Source of the DNA: Nitrospirales bacterium
GTDB taxonomy: Bacteria > Nitrospirota > Nitrospiria > Nitrospirales > UBA8639
Length of the DNA stretch: 64,000 nt
Direction of reading: 5' to 3'
Assembly (NCBI GenBank): GCA_965203295.1
Contig: CBDBCZ010000014.1
Span: 1 to 64,000 of the forward strand
Shown: positions 54,842 through 64,000 of the stretch, in pieces
Position numbering within the stretch: position 1 is the first letter of the stretch
Layout of the letters: each line of letters starts with the position of its first letter
Position numbers and translations under genes: made by a program
The notes under the pieces: model-generated
Databases searched by the model: none
What the model was told of the DNA's origin: nothing
What the model saw: only the letters and a program-made list of their open reading frames with translations

Positions 54842-57800
54842 TCAGTCTGTGGCCATGCATTCTTCTCGCAATTCACGCATATCAACCACTGTCCGGGTTG
54901 GGGCAGATTTTGACTGAAACACACGATCTGGTGGGTCTTTAGGCCCTGTGCCCACTTCATTCATGGGAACTCTAACACAATCAGGCCTCTGGTGCAATCT
55001 CCTCCACAGCCTGGTGCTATTGAATTGCTGAACAGAGTGGTAGATAACAATTCCAATGAATGTTGCGAAGGCTATACCAACGGAAGTGGATGCAGCAGCA
55101 TTCTGATTGCCTCCAGTAGAACGGATATAGAGAGAGGCCAGAGAAACGATGGCCAAGTTGAGGATGAATGATGTTTCAAGGAGGACAAGGCTCCATGTCT
55201 TGTAGACTTTAGCCCCAAGTATGGTAGGTGGTACTGCAAAAGTAATGAAACCAATAGCCAGCAGGTTGACACTGGGGTCTCCAAAAGCATTAACTGCAGA
55301 GATGAGAAACAGAACTAAGCGAAGTAGTAGCATCAGTCCAGTCCAGTAGCGATGTTTGTCAGTGTAGGGTGCATGGTATGCATCCAGGAAAGGTTTAACG
55401 TATTGGTTGTTGATGCATGAGAAGATTTTTAACTGTGACTTGGCCTGGAGCCATTGTCCAAAGATTAGCAGTGTTGTGAAGGGGAGAAACAAGAAAATCA
55501 GACAAACCATTGCAGCTGTGAACAGAGGGATGTGCTTGCCACTGAAGTACCTAATGTTCCCATCATACGGCCACACAGCAATCTGTGAGTTGTTAGGGTA
55601 TTCCAGGTATGCGAATGAAAGTGCAGCAATAACTGTGCGGAGTAGTTTTGCATATGACATCAGGATGAGTGTGGCCAGTACTGCAATGGGGTTTCTTCCA
55701 AATACTTTTGCAACTCTTCCAGAGTAGTAGCTACCGAGGATTATCATACTTATCAGAGCCCATACATACAGAGGAAATACAAATTGAAGCCACGTTTTTA
55801 CATAGGCATCCATTCCATCGAAGAAGCAAGTTTCAATACCCAGGTCCAGGTTGAGCCAGGCTATGAAAACTGTCAGAACATTAGTGGCTTGAGGCTGAGG
55901 AAGCAGATTAGAATTCACTGCTATAATGTTTGCATAGAAGATTAGTCCATTCACTGTTCCCATAGCAACCGTCAGCCTCAGGACCAGAAGAAACAGAACT
56001 AGTGCAATACCAGCAATAGCAAATGCAGCTAAGAGTGAGAGATAGGTGTTAGAACATTGCAAACAGCGGGAGCTGCCCAATACAAGGCTCAGGTTCTCAC
56101 TGCATCCTCCACACAATAAGCCACTTCTATTGTAGTTACACTGTTTATCACTATCGTCAACTGCCAAATATGTTTCTTTGGTTGTACAGAAATCAAATGG
56201 GCAGTGAGGATGAGTAATCAAACCTCTGGACTCACTGTCGTTGTCATTACCATAGCCTACCCAGAACTCATCATTCTCTTGCCACAGCACTGTTGCGCTG
56301 TCCACTAGGCATGTGTTTGTATATTGTTGAAGTCTTTCTGCACAGATGCAAGATGGTTCATTCACTGCCAACTGAAATCCATGAGGACAGTGTTGAATAT
56401 CCACAGTGACTGTAAGAGTGTTAGTCGGAATGGGTGAGCAAGGTCCTTCAGCATACAGAGCCATGTTCTGGACGGTACCCACAGCACGTGAATGTATGGT
56501 GTACTTCAGGGCACTACACTTATTATTAATACTCTGAGAGTCTTCAAGGTTTCCATGACTGATGTTGTTAGGCATAGCAATAAGTTGAATTATCGCCGCT
56601 GTTGTTCCGTACCTTTGTCCTTGTGCAATGACTGGAACCTCCATGGTTCCCCCTGGATACACAGGCCCTGCATCATAAGAACCAGTACAGTCAACTAGAT
56701 TGCCTCGACAGGTACAGATGTGCAGTGGGTCAGAAGAAATACTCAGTTCGTTTCCGCTACTGGAACTATATATGACATCAAACAGGTATCCGCTGACGGA
56801 GGGACCAGAGTAAAATTCCCATATCTCTATATTACTGAGTGAACAGTAGTCGACTGAGCCACCATACAAGTCAGCACCTGCTTCTACAGCACTATTGTTG
56901 CCAAAAAATATTGTGTGGTTGACATTAAGTTTTTTAATGAAATATAAGAGAGTATTATTGTCAAATATATCTACATGTCGTTGGGATTGGGTTTGGAAGA
57001 AACAGTCACTACTGCCCACATAGTTATTAGCGATTGTAGGAATGCAATACGTTAGTGGGTTGCTTTCTTCAACCTTAATCGCACCTCCAGTCTTGCTTGC
57101 ATGATTACTGGTGAGGTGCACAGTCATATCCGGATGCAGTAAGACTTTAGAATCTCCAGAAAGCAGTAGTCCTCCACCATTAGAAGCTACATTGTTTATA
57201 ATTGTAGTCGTTTCAGTGAAAGAAAGAACACTTTTCAATGCATAAATCCCTCCTCCTCCATCCTTTGCAGAATTGCCAGTGATTATTGCATTTAAATGAA
57301 ATTCTGTGTTGTATGCATACAGTCCTCCACCAAAGCTGGCTGTGTTGTTGTCAATGACGGTTCTTTCTAACAATTCCAGTTTACTGTCCAATACAGCAAT
57401 ACCTCCACCATATTGAGCTCTGTTGTTTTTAATCACAACAGTGGACATTCTCACATTGCTGTTGCCTGCTGCAAGAATCGCACCGCCCAATAGTCCGTAG
57501 CTATCAGAAATATAATCATTAGTGAAAGTTGCATTGCTTGTCAAGTCCACATATACAGTACCCCCCACACTAGCTGAGTTGCTCTGGAATGTGTTCGCCG
57601 TCAAATTAAGGGTGCTACGAGATACATAAAGTCCTCCTCCATCAGCTTCAGCAGAGTTGCTGTCGAATGAATTCCCGATGAGGTTGAGGTTGCTGCTTCC
57701 TATTCTAAGTCCTCCTCCATTAGTTTTAGCAGAGTTGTTCTGGAATGTGTTCATGGTGAGGTTGATGGTGCTGCTAAATAGATAAAGTCCTCCTCCATCA

Positions 57801-59077
57801 CATCTAGCAGAGTTGTTCTGGAATGTGTTCCCAGTGAGGTTGAGGTTGCTGTGGGCTGCATAAAGTCCTCCGCCACCAAATCCAGCAGAGTTGTTCTGGA
57901 ATGTGTTCCTGGTGAGGTTGAGGTTGCTGTGGGCTGCATAAAGTCCTCCTCCACCAAATCCAGCAGAGTTGTTCTGGAACGTGTTTTCTGTGAGGTTGAC
58001 GTTGCTGTTTTGTATAACATAAAGACCTCCTCCTTCTTTAGCAACGTTGTTCTGGAATATGTTGTCAGTGAGGTTGAGGTTGCTAATTTCTACATGTAGT
58101 CCTCCTCCACTATACCAAGCAGAGTTGTTCACGAATGTGTTCTTGATGAGGTTAAGGTTACTGTTGTATGCATAAAGTCCTCCTCCTATTTGAGTAGTTG
58201 CAGAGTTGTTCTGGAATGTGTTCCCGGTGAGGTTGAGGTTGCTGTTGTATACATACAGTCCTCCTCCTACATGAGCAAAATTGTTCCTGAATGTGTTGCT
58301 GGTGAGGTTAAGATTGCTGTTGTGTACATGCAGTCCTCCTCCTACTTGCTGAGCAGAGTTGCTCATGAATATGTTCTCGGTGAGGTTGAGGTTGCTGTTG
58401 TATACAAAAAGACCTCCTCCTACTTGAGCAGAGTTGTTCTGGAATGTATTCCTGGTGAGTTCAACGGTGCTGTTTTCTACATAAAGTTCTCCTCCATCAG
58501 CTTCAGCAGAGTTGTCCTGGAATGTGTTTTCTGTAATGGTGATAGTGCTGTTTATTACAGCAAGTATTCCTCCTTTATTTAAAATGGTTCCAGAGTTGAA
58601 GATGTTCTTGAAGTTACAGTTTGAAATATTCGACCTATTCACAAATATTATGCTTATAGGTCCACTGGTACCACCAGTACTGATGTGATCACATGAGATG
58701 AAGGCTAGTGCAGTGATGTGTAGTCCAGTGATGTCTTTAAAGACAAACCCAGCCGAGCTTGAGGTGCATGCAATCCTACTGGTGAGCTCTGGGAGAGAGG
58801 AGGAATCTCCATGAAGGGTAAACCTCATTAGGTTTGTCAGAGACATGGTCTGTTCCAGAGTATGATTGCCAGGAAGGAACTCCATTGTTGTGCTGTTTTG
58901 AAAGTGCCAGTCAGCAGCGTACTTAGAGAGGGTGTGGCAGGGCTCTCCAGGACATGGTGTGTCAGGTGTGGGTGTGACGTAGTAGGTACTCTGAGCAGAG
59001 CATGAGGTGAGCAGCACGAGGAGCAGTAGAGATTTCTGCCTTGACAGCAGTAGTGCTGTGGAGACCGTGTGCTCCAT
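54842..59077 (-). CDS. Intronless receptor-like protein C (~1411 aa from Met at 59077), 13 regular beta-helix coils
   Basis: The ORF is open from 59149, but the start aligned with paralog B (MEHTVSTALL) is at 59077. Architecture is the same as B. Confidence 0.93.
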   Translation of the reverse strand: MEHTVSTALLLSRQKSLLLLVLLTSCSAQSTYYVTPTPDTPCPGEPCHTLSKYAADWHFQNSTTMEFLPGNHTLEQTMSLTNLMRFTLHGDSSSLPELTSRIACTSSSAGFVFKDITGLHITALAFISCDHISTGGTSGPISIIFVNRSNISNCNFKNIFNSGTILNKGGILAVINSTITITENTFQDNSAEADGGELYVENSTVELTRNTFQNNSAQVGGGLFVYNSNLNLTENIFMSNSAQQVGGGLHVHNSNLNLTSNTFRNNFAHVGGGLYVYNSNLNLTGNTFQNNSATTQIGGGLYAYNSNLNLIKNTFVNNSAWYSGGGLHVEISNLNLTDNIFQNNVAKEGGGLYVIQNSNVNLTENTFQNNSAGFGGGGLYAAHSNLNLTRNTFQNNSAGFGGGGLYAAHSNLNLTGNTFQNNSARCDGGGLYLFSSTINLTMNTFQNNSAKTNGGGLRIGSSNLNLIGNSFDSNSAEADGGGLYVSRSTLNLTANTFQSNSASVGGTVYVDLTSNATFTNDYISDSYGLLGGAILAAGNSNVRMSTVVIKNNRAQYGGGIAVLDSKLELLERTVIDNNTASFGGGLYAYNTEFHLNAIITGNSAKDGGGGIYALKSVLSFTETTTIINNVASNGGGLLLSGDSKVLLHPDMTVHLTSNHASKTGGAIKVEESNPLTYCIPTIANNYVGSSDCFFQTQSQRHVDIFDNNTLLYFIKKLNVNHTIFFGNNSAVEAGADLYGGSVDYCSLSNIEIWEFYSGPSVSGYLFDVIYSSSSGNELSISSDPLHICTCRGNLVDCTGSYDAGPVYPGGTMEVPVIAQGQRYGTTAAIIQLIAMPNNISHGNLEDSQSINNKCSALKYTIHSRAVGTVQNMALYAEGPCSPIPTNTLTVTVDIQHCPHGFQLAVNEPSCICAERLQQYTNTCLVDSATVLWQENDEFWVGYGNDNDSESRGLITHPHCPFDFCTTKETYLAVDDSDKQCNYNRSGLLCGGCSENLSLVLGSSRCLQCSNTYLSLLAAFAIAGIALVLFLLVLRLTVAMGTVNGLIFYANIIAVNSNLLPQPQATNVLTVFIAWLNLDLGIETCFFDGMDAYVKTWLQFVFPLYVWALISMIILGSYYSGRVAKVFGRNPIAVLATLILMSYAKLLRTVIAALSFAYLEYPNNSQIAVWPYDGNIRYFSGKHIPLFTAAMVCLIFLFLPFTTLLIFGQWLQAKSQLKIFSCINNQYVKPFLDAYHAPYTDKHRYWTGLMLLLRLVLFLISAVNAFGDPSVNLLAIGFITFAVPPTILGAKVYKTWSLVLLETSFILNLAIVSLASLYIRSTGGNQNAAASTSVGIAFATFIGIVIYHSVQQFNSTRLWRRLHQRPDCVRVPMNEVGTGPKDPPDRVFQSKSAPTRTVVDMRELREECMATD

Positions 59078-59744
59078 GGATGTGGCTTCAGTGATTAAAT
59101 TGATTCCTGTGTGAAAAGTATAAATGAACATAGCTTCTTCAGTCACCATGCATCTATGATATAATGGGTTCTCTAAAAAGTGTGGAAACTAGGGCAAAAT
59201 GGGAAGTCTGGAAACACTGAAAAGATGGGCTACTCAGGACATAAAGGTTATTATGACTGAAGGTGTAGTTATGCCATCAGTTAGGTATATTATACCAAGT
59301 CAAAGGCACTGCCCCATGCAAAGCCCTGAACTATTAAGACTTCACCATTATCTTGTGACCTTCGACACTATCTGTGCTCAGCTTAGCTATGTATGCGAGC
59401 TATCCTGCACTTCAATTTCAGTACTGTTTCAGTGAAATCTATATAGGCACTTTCGTCTCATATTTCCAGATGGCAGCTACGTATAACTAGTGTTCCCAGC
59501 ATTGTCGCAGTATTCCAAATAGTCTCCATGATGTCCAGAGTGTGCAGTGTAAACCATGAGTCAACAGTCTAGCAGAATAGGCACGTTCTACTCCATTAGC
59601 CAGCTATGTGTTACTACCAAAAGTGATGTCATTTGCATGCTAGCAGTTGCATGTACAGTGGAACCCCTCTAATGTGAACACCTTTAAGACTCTCACTGAA
59701 GAGAGCACACAGATTTTTCCAGTATTGTTGGAAGAATTAGAAAG

Positions 59745-61520
59745 TGTAGTAACTACAGACTGATTGTTGTTTTATATCACCTGTTAAATAGATCTGATTA
59801 CTGTAGTACATGCAACACACTTGCAGCACTCATGCACTCCATATTTCCTTGTTTGGTTACAATTAGTATGCAGTGAGTTGTGTCTCATGCTCCTTCCTTA
59901 TCTCTTTCACACCCCTGGTTTGTATATATGTACTTCCCACACTTCCCTTCTGGACAATACTTTATCAGTGTTTACGTAGTAGTCTAGGTCTCGATGACCT
60001 CCAAGGATTTTACCAACCACTCCCACTTTGACCAAGTGAATGAGCACCGACAATGCAACAGCAAACTGCCGTACAGGGGAACCTGCTAGCTAAGGGGTGG
60101 AAAGATACAGACAAGCTGCACCCTCTCTCACATGCCCTATAAACCGTGCGGAGGAATACGTGAAGAAGAGCTTCCAGTACCTGTATATATAGCTGACTAT
60201 GGGAGTCGTAGTGGCTAGGAGAGCGATCACCGGTGCACCTTCAAGATGCCTACATGATATGTGGGTAACTATTTTACACAGATGGATGGAAGTGTACCCG
60301 ATCTCTAATCGAGAGACGGCAGCGATGGTTCGTGTGTTGGTAGACCAGTGATTTTGCCAATTCTGTGCCAGAACAGTTGCACTCCGACAAAGGCAGACAG
60401 TTTGAGTTCGATCTCATCGCGGAACTATGCAAGACCTTGCGAATCATTGAGAAGACCCCGACCCCCACAATGTGACGGCCTGATCAAGCGCTTCAAACGC
60501 ACACTTTTGGAAATGTTGGCTACCACCACCAGTGACCACCCCTTTGACTGGGAGAATCAGATCCGGAAGGTCTGTTTTGCCTACATCATGAGCATGCAGT
60601 CCACCACTGGTACTCTCCCTTCTTCCTTGTGTTTGGCTGCCGGGCCCGAGTTCCAGTCGATATCATGTATGTCACCGACAAACCCAGCGAGACAACCCAC
60701 GGAGAATTTGCCACCACGCTTCGGACAACCTTGGAAAATGCAAAAAGTCTAATCATAATCAAGACTGGAGCAAATCAAGAGAGGCAGTAGTTTTACAACC
60801 GCAAAATCCATGGTGAACCCCCTCTCTCCTGGTGACCAGATGTAGCTGTTCTCTCCTGTAGTACGTACCACTTGGTGAGTCTAAGAAACTCCATCACCCA
60901 TGGACAGGACCATGGGTTGTAGCCAAACGGCTATTAGATGCAGCATATCGTATCCAATTATTGTCTGGTCACAGGAAACGAGCAGTAGTGCATTTCGATC
61001 GTCTGGAGCTTCGCCCTCCAGAGATGCGTCTCACCAACACTGCCCGTCAGTTGGACGAAGACAACCGAACCCCCATTCCATCCCGAATATATAGTGCCGG
61101 GCACCTCAGACCTGGAGCTCTTCGACCAGCTTAAACCTGAGCCTCGATCCACCCTCTCCCACCTGCATGCAACCACCGCCAAGACGTTACCCCCAACAAA
61201 CTCGAACTATCCCCAATTACTATTCCCCTTCTCTCTTTCATTAGCTCTGAATACGGGACATAATTTCCTTGAGAGGGAGCAATGTAGTAACTACAGACTG
61301 ATGCGTTTGTTTGTATCACCTGTTTAGTGGTTCTGATTACTGTAGTACATGTATCGCACATGTAGCACTCATGCACTCCATATTTCCAATGTTTGAATAT
61401 GTGCCATGAGTGCTCCTTTATCTCTTTCACACCCCTGGTTTGTATACATGTACTTCCCACACTGACATGCTTCCCTTCTGGACAATACTTTATCAGTGTT
61501 TATGTAGTAGCATAGGTCAT
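59745..61520 (+). mobile_element. Internally deleted Gypsy/Ty3 LTR retrotransposon
   Basis: Direct repeats 59745-59990 and 61283-61518 both start tgtagtaactacagactgat; polypurine gagagggagcaa at 61271-82. Frameshifted integrase motifs include LHSDKGRQFE, PQCDGLIKRFKRTL, WTGPW and VVHFDRL. Confidence 0.88.
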
Positions 61521-64000
61521 ACAAGATATGATGAAATGGACATTCTCCCTTACTGCTATACAGTTGTATTTAAGTTACCATCTGCTTGAATTTACCGTAT
61601 ACACACTTACATAATACCCACACCTCAGGAGAACTTCTTGCAATTACTTAATATTCTAATTATGCATATGGCCTAAAAAAAGAGAGAGCCGATGTGCAAA
61701 GATGTCTTCGACACATCCAGTCGAGAAAATGAAAGCACGAAGAAACTGATCCATAGATATTGTTTTACTATACCAGTTACTACACCAGCACTCAGTATTC
61801 ATGCTATGTAACATTTCACGACGTGTTTATTAGCACTCAATGAATATAAGCACCCTGCGATGATTAGCACCCATTTCCACTACTAATTTAGAAAATAGGC
61901 ACTGGTGCTTAGTATCCTGATTATTACCTTCTTTTGGTTAATCTTCAGGGTCTCGGTATAGACAGACCTTCAGCTGCAATAAATTTACACAAATAGCTAA
62001 CTTACTAATCTACTTTAGCATACTGTAATGATATCATTGATATGCATCCATACACATATCACTGTATATAGTACTCAAAAAAAGTAGCTTAGCGGCGTGG
62101 TTTATTCGGTTCCTGTAGTTGCAAAGCGTGTAGGCAGCTATATATGCTCAATCGCCTGTCCTATAAGGAAGCAGCCCAAAAGTTTAGGTGTTCATTTGTC
62201 ATGCATGAGTAACACTAATAAGTCTTGTAAGAAAAGTCTACCGAGTGAAACGTGTATGCGGTCATTAGTTAAACCATGCCACCAAGGGCTGTTGAGATTA
62301 CTATAGCACAGGAGTGCAATAACTAATTGTGCGCTCTCAAATGCCATACAGCATGGCTTTCTGTGCATGTGCAGCTTATCATCAGCGGCTTCCTTCAAGT
62401 GTGCAGCTCGTAACCACACGGCAATATAAGATATTGCCCTACTCTGTGGTAAGACACACAGCAATAACCTGCTCCGCTACAGAACATTGCCCTTTGATAG
62501 TATGGCTTCCAAGCATTTTTTAAAAATACTCCAACTACATGCATATGTATACCCGTACCTTCTTTTGTTCCAGAGTCTCAGTGCAGAAACTTCCATAAAT
62601 TTACACAACCAACTAACTTCCAAGAGAAAGCATACTGTACCGGTACCGTGCACGGCAAATTATTACGAGAAACCACATCCGGTGACATAAAAATTTGCCA
62701 TCGCTATCTACGAGACGGGAGCTACCCAGATCGGTACGAGAACGCCAACAAGCACCCTCTACGGAAGAGAGTGAAGTTTTTCACGTAGAAGGGTGTAAAT
62801 CTCTTTAATGTCGGCGGATCATCAAGTAGCTGAGTATGCAGTATATAGATAGATAGATAGATAAATTTTTATAGTCACGCCCCAAGGGCAGCGGGCCAAA
62901 TTTGACCCATGAGACATTCATAATTTCTATCCTACAAAAACAATGTGGAAATCTGTATAGATTAATGGGAATAAAGATGACCTATGAGACAAATAATTAT
63001 GATCCATGAATTTACACATTATGTTTAACTCTTGTTCGGGTTCTAGTGGCAATAGGGCTTGGGACTATAGCACTCCATTTCCTACTACTCATGGTACATA
63101 ATAGTCAGTTGTGAGTACCGGGTACTGCTCACTGAATTTTAAAATAATTATTCTACCAACTGTTAGAGAAAGATGCTCAGCTGGGTGAGAGGCTGGTTAT
63201 TATCTCTTTGAACGCCATGGGCACATTTATGTGACCATATAAAATAGAAAAAAACATGTACTCTATATTAACGCCTAATATAAAAGGGCCAATATAAATT
63301 CACATTAGCCTCATGGATGTAATAAAAGTTGGCTGGGAAAGATCCTGATCAAAGAAAGCGTATTGTTGGCACCATGCATATGTTGGCCATTTGGGGATGC
63401 ACTTTTTGGACCCTAGGTCTATTATTAACGTGACAGGTATGACTTGATGCACCTGAATCATGCGGCCAATCTGTCTCACTGTGTCGGACATCATGATGTC
63501 CAGTTCGAATTCCTCAGACCCTCTGGTACGTAGTGGTGCTCGGATTTTCCATTGTCCACATTGCTGGGCGGGGCTTAGAGAAAGGGCGGGGCTAGTACAA
63601 GGTGTGTTGCTGGGTGGTTGGGGCTGATACCCAGTCGAGAAAAGTCAATGTGAAGTTCAGTCTTGTTGCTGAGAGTAGCTTAAACGTAAAACGCTAACGT
63701 TTTTATCAACACAAAAAATGACGACCCCTCAGATTTACACGAAACTTGGTACATATGTACCCTATGTGAAGTTATTAATCTACAGTGATTATTAGCCTCA
63801 TACGTGGTATGGCTTCTGTGTTACAGCCAGACAAAAACTCAATTTTTCGGCAAATTTTCAGCTACCTGTTTCTACATAATTGACCATAGCTTTTACTACA
63901 ATTGTCTGTGCAAGATGAAAATTGCACCATCTTGTACCTTAGTAGATACCCTTTTAGCTGATATATTGCAAGTGATAATTTGATTGTGTTGAGGTCAAAG

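Noticed and set aside
59078..59149. N-terminal 24 aa of the 1435-aa ORF
   Set aside because: Paralog B starts at the equivalent of Met 59077, and this stretch contains a likely splice acceptor.
63650..64000. Possible DNA-transposon subterminal sequence at the window edge
   Set aside because: It is truncated by the window, with no TIR pair or ORF visible.

Overview
Eukaryotic genomic DNA, most likely from a demosponge. This is an inference from the gene family content, the short GT-AG introns, and non-coding DNA rich in TACATGTA and TAGCCTCG..CGAGGCTA elements. Positions 1-14.9 kb are non-coding and full of MITEs, Helitron-like elements, microsatellites and a 76-bp tandem array. Positions 15.0-32.8 kb hold a 22-exon plus-strand gene that I assembled by hand into one open frame of about 1796 aa. 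It has PDZ, coiled-coil and SAM domains and looks like a neurabin/spinophilin homolog. Its introns contain an inverted pair of tRNA-Thr-like sequences, a SINE and a Penelope-type palindrome with a minimal hammerhead ribozyme. Positions 36-59 kb hold three intronless genes plus one pseudogene fragment of a receptor-like family. The architecture is signal peptide, Pmp-like parallel beta-helix repeats, a Cys-rich stalk and about 9 TM helices. Two close paralogs differ in repeat number (6 vs 13) and have hypervariable loops on a near-identical stalk, which makes this the best candidate for an undescribed variable-receptor system. Decayed LINE, CRE-like and Gypsy remnants are also present. All calls were made by eye, with no database search.
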